A stretch of 64,000 bases of DNA, taken from the NCBI GenBank assembly GCA_022813865.1, contig JALDZX010000028.1, positions 62,001 to 126,000 on the forward strand, read 5' to 3'. The first letter of the stretch is position 1. Every line of letters begins with the position of its first letter. This document shows, one piece after another, positions 1-12,553 of this stretch. The notes beneath the pieces are model-generated. The model searched no databases. It saw only the letters and a program-made list of their open reading frames with translations, and was not told where the DNA came from. Made by a program: the position numbers and the translations under genes. This DNA is from Xylographa opegraphella (taxonomy: Eukaryota).

Positions 1-501
1 ACAAAGTCCACAGTCCGAAAAGCATTCAGCGGCGCCATCCACGGCGGCCGCTCGTTCTCCGGCCGCAGCACGGAAAAGCCCGCGCCCATGCCCGGGTATA
101 CGGAGCAAGACGTCCAGGCTGCCGTCGCCAGCCTCGATCAACGGTGGGACGCGCAGGTGCAACGGTTGCACGGCTACCTGCGGCGGAACTACTGCACCAC
201 CCACGGCCTACCTTTGCCGGAGGAGGACGCGACCAGTCCCGCGGGCGAGAGCCGGAAAGGGTCAGCGGGTGATGGTCTGGTCGGCGCGTTGATGGCCGCG
301 AGCTTGGACCGGACGCCGAAGATGGAGTTTGACCTGCAGCTGGGAGACGAGTATCGGGTCGGTGGCGACGTCGAAAAGGGGGGCGTTCTCAGCCGGGCCC
401 GTGAGGTGCCGGGCGAGTACAGCGAGAAGTTGATCGACATCGGGGACGACGAGAGCGACTCGGACGGGGAGCTGATCATGGCTCGAGCCCGACCATTCTG
501 A
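1..501 (+). CDS. 3' end of a hypothetical protein, truncated by the window edge
   Basis: Frame 1 is open from position 1 (TKSTVRKAFSGAIHGG...) through the 88..501 ORF to TGA, with GC-rich coding-like codons. No family recognised. Confidence 0.6.
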   Translation, partial: TKSTVRKAFSGAIHGGRSFSGRSTEKPAPMPGYTEQDVQAAVASLDQRWDAQVQRLHGYLRRNYCTTHGLPLPEEDATSPAGESRKGSAGDGLVGALMAASLDRTPKMEFDLQLGDEYRVGGDVEKGGVLSRAREVPGEYSEKLIDIGDDESDSDGELIMARARPF

Positions 502-793
502 ACTTCAGGGAGTTTCTACGTAGGGCGATGGACTTGGGTATGAAGGGTTCACGGAGAATTGGTGTTGGGCAATATTCAGCGAAGATATACTATTTGCCTT
601 TGTACAGCCTGGGGGTTTGCAGAAGTACGAAGCATAATCCAGTGTCGTTTGGCACTATTGCCGCTACTTTGCTTAGGGCTTTTCTACAAAGCTTCTGCAT
701 ACGCATTCATGTGTGTTCACAACCAATCCTGTTCCGCTACCTCTCAGCGTGGACTGAGCATAGTCGGCTTCTCCTCTGCTCCGTCTCTTCGCT

Positions 794-921
794 CGCGTCT
801 GAGTTTTGCTGCGTGAACGAACGTGTTTTGGTGGCGAGCAAGGACGCGTCCAATGGCGGCCAATCAGCAACCAGTAACGCCACCTTGCATGCTGGTCGCT
901 GACACGTACCGTTTCACGAAA
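794..921 (+). promoter_or_regulatory. MCB (ACGCGT) and SCB (CACGAAA) like elements plus CCAAT boxes upstream of the forkhead gene
   Basis: ACGCGT 844-849, CCAAT 850-854 and 860-864, CACGAAA 915-921, extra CGCG core at about 794. Confidence 0.4.
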
Positions 922-1641
922 CAAGGCAAGGCAGCTATCCGGCCGCCTATCGTGTGTCGGAGCGGGCGCGGGCGACGGTGGTGGAAAAGATCGTCATCGG
1001 GCCTTTTGCTGCGTTGGAGCCAACTCCCCCGCTAAAGCCAAAAACTCGGAGCCGCCCAGACTTATCCTTCCCCCGCCTAAAGTATCCGTCTAACTGCTAA
1101 ACCTCCTACTCCGTACCTTCCATCTTCCCACCTTGCTCAATAACTCAACCCAACTTCCTCACCACTTCGTCGCATCAGCATACTTGCTTCCGCTATCCCA
1201 GCATTGCTTTTCTTATCGCTGAGCTCGCTTTCACTTCAGCTGCGCCACCAGAAATTGCTTAAGCAAGGGCATACTTCAGCCCTGTCGACCCTTGCTTCCG
1301 ACCGCAATTGGCTTTTGCTAAGTACCACGGTTCCTCAACACCATCCAACTCCCTTCCAGCTCAACGGCTTGCGAATTCAATCATCTCACCGGTGATCCGA
1401 ACGTTGAGCTTAAGCTACAGTCTCTCCTCCGCTGAGAGTTGTTGATAGCTATCAAGATAGTGATCGTGGTACACCCCAATTTGAGTCAAGCGAATGCAAT
1501 CTCAGCATTAGCCTCGTCCCCACTATCGACTCTTTCACCACCCCATTTCCATTGGGATCGAGCCCAAAGCTCGGATGCACGCGTCATATCAGTAGCAGTA
1601 TCTGTTCGAGTCGCGACAAATATCCTCGGCGACGGTTTGCA

Positions 1642-3828
1642 ATGGCGTCGACGCGTCAGACACTGCCGCTGGACATGTTCCAGGATTCAAGTTGCACTTA
1701 TCCTGACCCTGCGCATGCTCACAACACATTCGATCTATACGAACAGCATTCATCGCCATTGGATACCTTACCTATTCTGCCATTTGCCGAAGACCTGTCC
1801 TTCGGCTCACTATCCCAGCAAAGTGGCCGTTCTCCGACGAAACAATGTCACCCCTCAAGCTCTCCTCCTCGGGTCGTCTTCGGAGACAAGACCAACGTTA
1901 CCTTTCCACCACCTTCCACCTCAATATTCGTCACAGACTCACCGAGGAAGAAGCCCACGTCTTCAACCTACCAGCCTATTGCTCCACAGAAGCCTGCAAA
2001 AGCACTGTTCACCACATTTCCTAGTTCAGGAACGATTGATAAGGAGAACTCCCATCCACCATACCACAGCGATAACTTTGCGGAATTTCCTGATCCAAGT
2101 CAGGGGTATAAAGGCGTTGGGATCCGCACACTGCTCGATGCTGCTCCGATTCAGGAGAGACAAAGGAAAAAATCCCACACTGATGAGCCAGTCTTGCCGC
2201 AGCTTCCAGATCCAAGTGATATGCCACGCATTGAGGATGACGGCGGTAAACCACCATATAGCTATGCTACACTGATAGGCATGTCGATCATGCGCGCTCC
2301 GAATCGACGACTCACGCTGGCGCAAATCTATAAATGGATCTCAGATACATTCTCATACTACCGCGCCGCAGATGCAGGCTGGCAGAATAGTATCCGTCAC
2401 AACCTTAGTCTTAGTAAAGCTTTCACAAAACAGGAAAGACCCAAAGACGATCCGGGCAAGGGTAATTACTGGGCAATAGAACCAGGCATGGAGATACAAT
2501 TTGTCAAAGAGAAACCATCCCGGCGACCAGCGTCTTCCTCAGGCCCACTTCCCAGCATGAGAGTGTCTTCACAGCCGGCCAGCGACATGATGTCAACTCT
2601 ACCGGCTCTTCCACCCTCGCTTCCACTTACGCGAAACAACGAAGTGGCTTCAACCGCTCCAGAGCCTTCATCTGATGCTACTATCCCAGCCTCAGACCCG
2701 GCACTACTGGAGGAGGCTGAGGCAGGGGAAGTTGTTCATATGCCCCCTCCTGCTTCTCGCGCCCCGCTTTCATCCCCACTTCAAGGCATTCGCTCCTCGC
2801 CACCTATATCTCGCCACTTGACGCTCCACGAGGCCACACCTCCACGTGTTACGGACTTATCTTCCTCTACTAATCCGGCCAGGGTCAGAAAACGTAAATT
2901 CAGCTCTATGAATGACAGCGGTTACTTTTCATCAATCGAGTCATCCGCTTTACGTCCACAAGCCTTAGGGGAGAACGATCCTGTTGCCCCTCGATTCAAG
3001 CGTGGACGTGCCGAAGAAGAGATTGCTCGTATCCGCTCCTCATCGCACGACACAAGTCCAAGCAAGGGCAGAGCTTTACTGAAGTCACTCACACCGCAAT
3101 TGATGTCATCGTCACCGCTCCGCCATCTGGACAACTCAATGATGCTGCCACCTCTAACACCAGCGATGGCATTCAAGAAGCCTGCTAAACCTCCAGCATC
3201 TATTTCTCCCAACACGAACTTGAGAAATCACCGCGACAAGATTAGAGAGCTCGTCGGCTCACCCATCAAGAGCTTCAGCACAATGCACAATGACGATGTG
3301 ACTTTCAGTCCAGCATTCAACATTCTGGATGACGAACCTTACATATTTCACAATTCTCACAATACCAGCTTCGAAATCTTCTCGGACAGCCCTAGTCTGA
3401 GTCGTGCCTTCAAGTCTCCTGAGAAGCGTTCAGGCAAACGTCCGTGTATCGATAGGGCTCATTCCAGCGCAAACATACTTGGAGATATCTCAATCACGAA
3501 TAACCGAAAGTCTACCATCCCTAGACTTCAAGCGCCCTTCAATGAATCGCCAATCCGACGTAAATCACCCACCAAGTCGCCGAGTAAGTCACCAATAAAG
3601 TCGCCATTGTTCGGTTCTATCTTTGACAACTTGCCCAAAGATGATTTCTTTGGCATCGACTTTCTCGCAGATGATGATGGTGACGACTTTGCTGGATTGG
3701 ACCTAATGCAAGGATTTCAACGAATAGGCGAAAAAGGAAAGGAGAAGGATAAAGAGAACATTGACTTTACGTGCAAAAAACCTGCTCGGCCATCACTGGG
3801 TCCACGGAGCCACACATCTCGATTCTAA
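1642..3828 (+). CDS. Forkhead transcription factor, Sep1/Hcm1-like, intronless
   Basis: Forkhead domain KPPYSYATLIGMSI...LTLAQIYKWISDTFSYYR...GWQNSIRHNLSL...GKGNYW. No FHA domain. SP-rich C-terminus. First ATG at 1642. Confidence 0.92.
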   Translation: MASTRQTLPLDMFQDSSCTYPDPAHAHNTFDLYEQHSSPLDTLPILPFAEDLSFGSLSQQSGRSPTKQCHPSSSPPRVVFGDKTNVTFPPPSTSIFVTDSPRKKPTSSTYQPIAPQKPAKALFTTFPSSGTIDKENSHPPYHSDNFAEFPDPSQGYKGVGIRTLLDAAPIQERQRKKSHTDEPVLPQLPDPSDMPRIEDDGGKPPYSYATLIGMSIMRAPNRRLTLAQIYKWISDTFSYYRAADAGWQNSIRHNLSLSKAFTKQERPKDDPGKGNYWAIEPGMEIQFVKEKPSRRPASSSGPLPSMRVSSQPASDMMSTLPALPPSLPLTRNNEVASTAPEPSSDATIPASDPALLEEAEAGEVVHMPPPASRAPLSSPLQGIRSSPPISRHLTLHEATPPRVTDLSSSTNPARVRKRKFSSMNDSGYFSSIESSALRPQALGENDPVAPRFKRGRAEEEIARIRSSSHDTSPSKGRALLKSLTPQLMSSSPLRHLDNSMMLPPLTPAMAFKKPAKPPASISPNTNLRNHRDKIRELVGSPIKSFSTMHNDDVTFSPAFNILDDEPYIFHNSHNTSFEIFSDSPSLSRAFKSPEKRSGKRPCIDRAHSSANILGDISITNNRKSTIPRLQAPFNESPIRRKSPTKSPSKSPIKSPLFGSIFDNLPKDDFFGIDFLADDDGDDFAGLDLMQGFQRIGEKGKEKDKENIDFTCKKPARPSLGPRSHTSRF

Positions 3829-4818
3829 GTGATCACACAGCGACACCATTACTTGCAAGCACAATCGAAGACCAGATGTCCTATAGCAAAGGAACGCTAT
3901 ATACAACATCGAAAACTTAGGTTTCCTTCGGCTTACTTTGTGCAACATACTTTTGAGAACCTTTTGTATTCCTGCATTGATACTGAAGCATATTTATACA
4001 TCCTATCGCCTCTGCTACATGTCAGCCGGCAACACTGGAGTATCTGAGCTCATTGGGCTCTTACCAGCTATAGCGATGTCCACGAAGACTTGTCTCTTTG
4101 ACGGTAGGACGTTATGTCCCTCACACGAGGTGCCTATTCACCCACAGCGATGATGGATGGATGTCCTTTGCTTCGCCAACCGAGCCGGGAGATCATGAAA
4201 GGCACTAAGGAAAAAGCCTTGATGGGAAAAGGAGTTCCTCTCGCCAATGAACGACTACACGAGACCAAGATCTGATGCGTTTGATGTTTACCCGGTTTGT
4301 TTGCCTTTAGCAGAGGGAGCCGGATTACGCGAGTTGCTTTTCTTTATTTTGTTTTTTTACTCTTTCCCCCTACGACATGCTGAGCGCTGGTTTGGCGTTC
4401 GTCTAGGATAGACGGGATCAGGTAGCGATGTTTTTGATACCGTAGCGCTAGGCTACTGGAATCATTTAATTTGCCTCTTTGTAAAAAAACGTGATTCCGA
4501 CGTGATTCAATGTGCCCGTTGATCAGTAGGTAGGTACGCACGATGTAGACCCGCACCAGTGAATGAAAGATCGGATAGTAAAATAGCTGTTGAAAGGACC
4601 TGCGATACCGCAGACGGGTCAACCTACCTTACGATGGAAAAGCCACACGAAGACTTGACGGCTCTGCACGACGGCAGCACACTCCCCCCAAACATCGCCA
4701 GCAAAGCAACCAAAAAACCTCGCAGCAGTACACACTTTCGCTATAATATATACACCACTCCCCACCACTCCCCACCACTCCCCATTCCCCACAACCCCCC
4801 CCCCTCTCAACCCCCCTC

Positions 4819-7800
4819 TCAACACCCCCCCTCCCCCCTCCCCAACACCACCGTCTCCCTCCCCCTCTCCTCCCTCTCCCTCCCAGCCCTCCACTCCCTC
4901 CCCCTCAGATTCAGCTCGCGCATACGTCGGACATACCACTCCGTGCGCTTATCCTCCGCCGTGCTCTCCTCGGGCTCGAGCTTCTTCCTGCGCCGCGCCT
5001 GACAGGCCTGGTAGAGCGCCCAGGCGCGATCGGCGTCCGGCACGTCGGTGAGCGTGTACTCGACGGACCAGCCGTGGGTGGATGGGGTGGGCGAGGCGCG
5101 AGCACCGGGGCCGGAGGCGGTGGCATCCGGGCGCGGTGGGGAGGAGACGATGTTTTCGGGCCGGAGCACGTATTTGCCGTCGACTTTGTTGCGGATGGTG
5201 AGCGTCATGGCGAGGACGGGCGGGTGGTCGGTCGGGATGGTGGTCGAGCGCTCGGCGCTGAGTAAGTTGAGGAATGTGGTGTCGGCGGTGGAGTCGAAGT
5301 CTGGGGGATCGGTGGAGTCGGAGGTCGTGTCTGGGTTGAGGGTGGAGTGATCGGGTGGAGTGGGGGTTGCCTCTAGCGGGTTGGGCATGTCGGGCTCGAC
5401 TTCGTCAGAATTACTATTTGTTTGCTCGTTCTCAGACGAGTTGGTCAGCGACTCCGGGGTATCGTCCTGGGCAGCAAAAGCCTCTGGGTCCGTTGCATCG
5501 ATTCCCAATTCGTTCGTTATCCCGTTTTCGCCGATGGGCTCGATTTCCGAGAGATGATTGCGGTTGTCGTCATCTCCTGCAAGATGGTCGTCCACATCTT
5601 CCTTCTCGCTCAGCATCTGATCATTGTTTGACATGGAAACGCTATCGTCCTCAACTTCATCCTGCTCACTTTCATCTCCAATGGCTGTGATTGCGGTAGA
5701 ATTCAGAGACTCGTGATTTGCACCAGGAGTAGCATAGTCGATATTCTCGGTCAGGGTTGAATCATTCCCATTCTCCTGGCCTTCGTGAACTACTGAAGTT
5801 CGATCTGATGGCACGATATGATCCGAGCTCTCTTCTCCTCTCTCGTCTTTCTCCATGGTTTCTTCCACCTTGGCTTGAATATCATCCCATTGATTGTCCT
5901 CTTCGGTATTATCCTCCTCTTTATGTAGTCCAAGGAGTTCGCGCTCAAACTCTTCCGTCTTTGCCTGATTTCTCGATTGAAGCGCGTTAACCTCGTCTTC
6001 AGTTACTGGTTCAGCAAAAATGTACATGAAAGGTGTTGTAGCGTCACGTGTCTCAAAGTGAATTCGTACCGACTGCACCGATCAGTATAGACAAGGAAGA
6101 TATCCCAATAGAGAACCTACTTGTTCCGGAAATCTCTCTGTGGCTCTGTCTAGTATCTGATTGAGAAGCTCTAGACTTAAATTAAATTCTTGGTCGCCAA
6201 GAGCCGTATCTGATTGCCCGTGCAAAGCAAGATCCATCTCTTCGAGACTAATGTATTGAAAGCCAAAAATTCTTTCCGTATTATGGAAAGCAACAAAGAT
6301 GCCGTCCATGCGACCCATTCTTACCTGGAGAGAATACTTGAGGAATGCAGATCGAATCATATCAAAGTACTCTCTTTCGAATGACTCGTACTCTCCAAAC
6401 CTTTCTTTGATCTCATAGCTAGATCCTTGTTCAGGATTCTGAGTGTCCATACGAATTGCCACCACTGCTCGAGTCTTCAGATCGAACATGCCTGTGCCTG
6501 GTAGTCGTGGATCATGTGCATCTAACTGCGAGCGCATCAGGAAGTCACCCATTGTGGAGTAGTGGAAAGCTTCGGGCTGGATTCGTTCCTCATATGATAG
6601 CTGATCAGGGTTTGATTTTCGATATCGCTCAAAGTTCTCGGTATCGAGAGTGAGAAGCTTTTCCATTGCTTTTCCCAGCATACTCAGAATGCTAGAGGTG
6701 GCAAACTCCTTATCTGCGTCTATAGCATAAGTTCCGTCTTTCCACCTCAAGAAAATGGCTGATGGACAACGTTGAATTAGCGTAAATGATGTGAGTTTGT
6801 CCGGAAAACCGCGAGACATCATCTTCGTGTTGATTTCACGCCACTGAGAGAGCAGGAAATGGAAATGTGCTAGTACTCCAGTCATACTAGACGTTGATCC
6901 AACATAGCGCTTGCCATGCTCTTCCGCAATTGCTTTCAGCGACGTATCCCGTGACGACGTGATATACTCTTTGAGGGCGGTGAAATCAAATTCTGACACT
7001 GGCATTATGCTCTGTAAGTAAGGGTCAAAGTTGAAGACACGTGAGCGAGGATCCTGCAAATGGTATACTCCTGGACTAAACATGTGTTAGTGAATAGGAA
7101 TTCAGGCTGGGGTATAGGCAGTACTTGAAAAGCACTCTGTCAAGTCCGTAAGATAGTCTAGGAACCGCAGGTTGCTGTATATCGAGCGCTATTGATGCAT
7201 TAGCAAAATGTCAGCATGCTTATCCAATGTTGACGAACCCGATATCATATAATCTTGAGCATTGATATGCTTGATTTCTGACTTAAGAACTCTCTGTTCT
7301 GTTCCAGACTCAATGACGTCTGATTTCTCCCGATTCTTCTCATACACGGCTTTGGCCCGAGTTCTCTTCGTAATTTGGTCTAGCCATCCATCGTTTGTAT
7401 TTATATATGGAGATAGTCCATTATAGTTAGTTTCATTTGCTACTCTGTCGATCGAGGATGGATACAGCAGTGCTTCGCGTATGGTCTTCGTAGGCATTGA
7501 CAAAGTCTCTTTCGGCTGTTCAGTCAAATCGGATTGAGGAAGACTTTTTGTAGTGTATCCCACAGTCTACAGGTTCTGTCAACAAGTACAAAAGAGTTCT
7601 GTATGAAAATCTAACCTTTCTGACAAGTCTCCTTCTTCGATCCAGTGCCTCTTGACGCCGTTGTTTGAGTGTCAGTTTCCGGATGGGAACGCGAGGCGCT
7701 ACTATCTCGAGCCTGCCAGCAATTCTACGAAACCCAGTATTCATTACTACTTTTCGAACGGCCGCTGAACCTTCAATATCTTTAGTTACAACTCTTTTGA

Positions 7801-8947
7801 TTAGATTCGGACGCGCGACATCAGGAGGTCGTTCAAGAGTCGTGGTGGGACTTTCTCCAACGGGTTCACCTGTGATTGACGTTTCATGCTCCCCAAATTT
7901 CTCCTCTGACCTTTCAGACACTGCCGTGATCACACTCCGCACGGTCTGCTTCGAAGGTTCTTTCCCTTTCGTTTTTATAGCTGGAGATTCGATGGGGGTG
8001 GAGCAGTTCGGTGACTGAAGTGACTCAGCTCCATCGAGGGTCTTAAACCGACCCGAAGCGTTTTCTGTTTTGCTACCATTATTCTCTTTCCCGTTCATGG
8101 CTTTAGATTTCGTGGAAGGCAAGTGCTTCGATGACTGAGATGATCCAGCTGTATCAGGGGTCTTCGATTGACCAGAAGCATTTCCTGATGTGCTAACATT
8201 ATTCCCTTCCCCCTTTACAGCTTTAGACTTCGTGGAGGGCAAGTGCTTCGGTGACTGAGGTGATCCAGCTGTATCAGGGGTCTTCGATTGACCAGAAGTA
8301 TTGATTGTTGTGCTACCATTCTTCGCTTCCCTTTTCACAGCTTTAGATTTCGTGAAGGGCAAGTGCTTCGATGACTGAGGTGATCCAGCTGTATTAGGGG
8401 TCTTCGATTGAACAGAAGTATTTCCTGGTGTGCTACCATTCTTCGCTTCCCTTTTTATAGCTTTAGGCTTCGTGGAGGGCAAGTGCTTCGATGACTGGGG
8501 TGGTCCAGCTGGATCAGGAGTCTCAGCCCGACCCGTAGAACTCTTTGTCTTACCATCAGCCTTCCCTCTCGGTGGCAGACCCTCCGAAAGTTTTACTAGC
8601 TCATCATTCCCAATAAGCACACTTCCAGGCTCTTTTGGTTCCCCATCCACTTTCAGTCCCTTGGCATCTGCAATTTTCCTCTTCACAAGTGACAAGCGAG
8701 CTCTGGACTTTGCCTTTCTAGCTGCACGTGCGCTGTCCGGACTCTTCTTTATACGGTCCGCCTTGTCTAGTTCTCCATGGAGCGCTGCGATCGCCAAATG
8801 TGAGATGGCAGGAAGGATAACTTTGTTGCTTAACGCACGTCGGAACGGCTGCTGCCAGCGCTGTGTGGAGGTACATTGGAGAAGACAAGAAAAGCAAACC
8901 CATTCCTGATTTTGCTTCAAGATGCTTCTCACAGAATTGAGGTTCAT
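4819..8947 (-). CDS. PET127: Mitochondrial RNA-processing 5'-3' exoribonuclease Pet127 (5 exons)
   Basis: Spliced product contains VPRLSYGLDRVLFNPGVYHLQDPRSRVFNFDPYL, SSMTGVLAHFHFLLS, FDLKTRAV and REYFDMIRSAFLKYSLQVRMGRMDGIFVAFHN. Basic presequence-like N-terminus. GT-AG introns at 7567-7615, about 7189-7239, about 7077-7124 and about 6073-6120 join the four ORFs. Confidence 0.9.
7975..8535. repeat. 120-bp (40-aa) tandem repeat, about 4.5 copies, inside PET127 exon 1
   Basis: Rows starting 8101, 8221, 8341 and 8461 all begin CTTTAG..CGTG..GGCAAGTGCTTCG.TGACTG, with a degenerate copy at 7981. Protein unit is roughly SKTPDTAGSPQSSKHLPSTKSKAVKREAKNGST. Confidence 0.95.
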
Positions 8948-9361
8948 TCGTGTTTTCAAGGAATGCAGTAGAGTGTAGCTAGAGGCGGCGGCACTTTGTT
9001 ATGTTGATTTATTTCAGGCAGGGTATAATCCGCTAGTCTAGGTACCCGCTCGGCCAATCGTCATTGAAAATAATGCAAATTATGAAAATTGTTCCACTGT
9101 CTCACTGCGAAGGAAGTTACTAAGGACAACAGTGATATGGCGTCCTTACACATAGTGAGGTTTATCAAGGTGTTCAGCATTGTTATACGGTTTCGTTTCG
9201 TTGATCATGTTTCCGCTGCGCCCTAGAAAACTGTTCTACGGGACGATCTCAACAGTGATTTGGAGCCGCTTAAACTACAGGTTGCGCCAATTCCCCTGTT
9301 GGTTTCCTCCCATAACCGCCTTAGCTTATACAGATCCTTATGCACCCAGACCAACAGAAGC

Positions 9362-10050
9362 TCACAGCGCCAGGTTGTATGTATAATCATCCTCCATGTT
9401 TTGTGAGACCCAAAGCACAACCGAGCTGGAAGACGTATAAGTAATTGGTTCCGAACATGCAGTGTCGGGGTAAGTTACCTAAGCATTATCAAGCCATTCG
9501 CAATTACGTTGGCAATACCGAAGTAAAGCGTCGGGAAAGGGTACTCGGGAACGACATATTTTAGAACGAGAACCGCCTGAAAAGAGTAAGCGTTTGAATG
9601 AAAGCACGACCAGAGGACTGGAGTAACAAACCACCGAGCCAGCTAATCCACCGGCCATCAGAGCAAACCCTAGGAACAGAACAAGCCTTGCTTTCCATGC
9701 CACCCCTGTGCCTGAGTAACTATAGCTATCTGCACTCAATCTCGTCTTCTCTATCGAGTTGATCACAAGCATTCCAAGCGCTGAACATATTCCTGGTATC
9801 CAGTCCACGAATTTGATGTGGACTTCGCCGCCGTTGCGGTTAGAGTGAGAGAATGTCGCAGCATCCACGAAAAAGAAGAATCCTAGTGAAAACTAACAAA
9901 TTCATCAGCACGTGAGCTTAACAGAACGTTGCTGACAGCGAAATATTGAGCGCATACCAACGCGCCCGCGAAGTAGACGCCCGCTGTCCTGGTATTGGGA
10001 CTGTTCAGCCACGCCGGCTTAGGAAACCGAAACAGTCTATGGCCTGACAT
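9362..10050 (-). CDS. VPS68: Vacuolar protein sorting protein Vps68 (4 exons)
   Basis: MSGHRLFRFPKPAW...AGVYFAGAL, FVDWIPGICSALGMLVINSIEK, WKARLVLFLGFALMAGG, C-terminus QNMEDDYTYNLAL*. Confidence 0.9.
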
Positions 10051-10441
10051 CCTACGTTTGGTGTGAAACTAAGTAGAGAAAAGCAACGACGATGATGGAT
10101 CTGAGGAGAGATTTTGGTCGTCAGGAGCCCTTTGTTAGATAGCTGTTCGTCACATCTCACCACGAGGCTTGGACGATTAAGCGCCTATAAGCGCGAAAGG
10201 ATAGGCGCCGTTGTCTAGGACAAAGCACGGCAGCGTCATGGATGACAGGGATCTTGCTATCTTAAGCATTCGGAGACAAGCCGATTCAATAAAGTCCCGA
10301 GTCGCAACAGGCCTACGATGATTATACACTTTCGCACTCTCTACTAGTGTCGCTGGAAAGTTAAAAGTCAGTCTATCCAAAAAAAACCCATACCGGTCTC
10401 TGCCCTACAAATCAGTATACCCATTTGGCCACGTTGCCGTT

Positions 10442-11317
10442 ATGGATATGGACAACATGTTAGCCGGAGGAGCTGTAGGCCAGTTTCCATTGGAGCAGTG
10501 GTTCTACGAAATGCCGGTGTGTACACGGTGGTGGACTACAGCTACGGTTGTTACCTCAGTGCTGGTCCAGTGCCAAGTCATCACTCCGTTCCAGCTCTTC
10601 TACAGTACTCGGGCCGTCTTTATTAAGCACCAGGTATGCAATTTTCCGTCCGAACTGTTTGCGTTCCTCGCACTTTGAAAGAACTAATCGTCTTCACCTA
10701 CAGTACTGGCGCCTCCTCACAACCTTCCTCTACTTCGGTCCGCTATCCCTCGATCTCCTCTTCCATGTCTTCTTCCTACAACGCTATTCCCGTCTGCTTG
10801 AAGAATCATCTGGCCGTTCTCCAGCGCATTTCTCATGGCTGCTTGTCTACGCAACAAGCCTTTTGTTGGTGCTCTCACCAATGCTTTCCATACCATTCCT
10901 TGGGTCTGCATTGAGCAGTAGTCTGGTGTATATCTGGTCAAGGCGAAATCGAGACACTCGGCTGAGTTTTCTGGGTCTCTTGGTATTCACCGCGCCTTAC
11001 CTGCCATGGGTCTTAATGGCGTTCAGCCTAGTGTTACACAGCACAGTGCCGAAGGACGAGATTTGCGGAGTGATTGTGGGACACAGTAAGCATACGAGAC
11101 AATGTAGATCTCAGTCTGTGTAGACGCGGAGCGGCTAACGACTTTGACTCCAGTATGGTACTTCTTCAGTGACGTTTATCCTCCATTGCACAATGGCCAT
11201 CGGCCGTTTGATCCCCCTTCTTGGTGGATACGACTTTTCGACGGACGGCCTGTTGAGTCGGAAGCGACGGATGTAAACAACGATTTTGTGGCTGCCGCGG
11301 CGCCAGAGTTACGATAA
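10442..11317 (+). CDS. DER1: Derlin, ERAD rhomboid pseudoprotease (3 exons)
   Basis: EMPVCTRWW, YWRLLTTFLYFG (WR motif), YSRLLEE, LVYIWSRRN, APYLPWV, GxxxGH. Introns at about 10634-10703 and 11086-11152. Confidence 0.92.
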
Positions 11318-11844
11318 CACGAGTGGTTGCGGTCTGCACTTACTCTGTTGGGTACATACGAGTGGGGGCGTTTTTAGCGGAGCGCACATGAGAGGTTTTG
11401 GTAAGCGAATCGTCGCGATCAAGAGGCAATAATAGACCAAGCTATCTTGAAGAACTTACCCTCACCTTCGTGTGAAGTATGGACAATACAGATCAGGAGG
11501 AAAGATGCCACACTCACACGAAGCTTTAGAAAGATCATTAAGCTAATCTGTGCTACGGCATGAAGATATGGGGATATGAATCGCGTTTCTATCCCACAAT
11601 ATTGTTCATATTTACGTGATTCGTGGTTTTTACATAATATGATATTTCTAACATTCATTGTACCATATCTCCTTCGCTCAGCTTCACGCACACACGATCC
11701 AGCCATGGCATGCCGCTACGTCATAATTATTTCACCGCAAAGGTGTCTTTCCATCTTCACGGTATTCCTACCTCACCCATCAGACAGCTTCATTCTCCGC
11801 CACACTTTCTCCCCCTCCCATCTCTCTGCTCCCAACTCCCAACC

Positions 11845-12191
11845 ATGGACCCCTCTGCGGAAGTCACCGACAAGAACAACGAACCCATCCACGTCGGCGA
11901 CGGGGTCTGGACTAAGATCCGGGGCGGCAAACACGAGGGCGTGGCGGAGAGGATTGTCACGACGGAAGAAGAGGCGCGGGAGGAGAAGGTGAAGAATCCG
12001 CCCAAGGTGAGTTCGGGTGGTCAGGCATTCTACGCTGCGGGAAGTGTAGGGACGTGAAGGGGGGTTGTGGGGTGGAAGGGGAAAGTGTGGAAGTGTGAGC
12101 TTGGTGGCTGAGGAGGCTGTAGGTATTGTTTGAGGACCAACATGGGCACCATGTGGCGCACAATCCGGAGACGTTGCAGCACAAGGAGTGA
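11845..12191 (+). CDS. Small (76 aa) conserved-type fungal protein, Hva1/Tudor-like (DUF2945-like), 2 exons
   Basis: Exon 1 11845-12006 MDPSAEVTDKNNEPIHVGDGVWTKIRGGKHEGVAERIV...KNPPK, intron GTGAGT..TAG 12007-12122, exon 2 VLFEDQHGHHVAHNPETLQHKE*. Family call is from memory of similar fungal proteins. Confidence 0.7.
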
Positions 12192-12553
12192 GGGGGGAGG
12201 GTGGGGATGTGGCAGTGGTTCTGCGAACTACCAGCGAAGGACATGGTATGATTGAAGGGAGCGGGATGGGAGTGATCGGGCGACATGGATATCAAATGAA
12301 CGTGCTCTGGGAGAGGTTATCCATGGTGACTTTGTATTGATCGTGTTATGTGTTCATGTGGCTACGGGCCATTGCCCTATTGAAATACATTTTCCTATAG
12401 TCGTACCTTCGACAGATCTCCCCGCACATAACGCATTTGTTTGTCAGATGAAGAGCTGCATGCAAGATGCCATCAATAGCCGCGGCAGCCGCCCGGCGCA
12501 GTTGAGTGAGATTCGCAATTGCGAAGACATTCCAAGCTGATCTATATCAGTTC

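Noticed and set aside
10225..10438. UPR elements upstream of DER1 (CAGCGTC, GCCACGT)
   Set aside because: Imperfect matches, and one lies about 10 nt from the ATG. Not distinguishable from chance.
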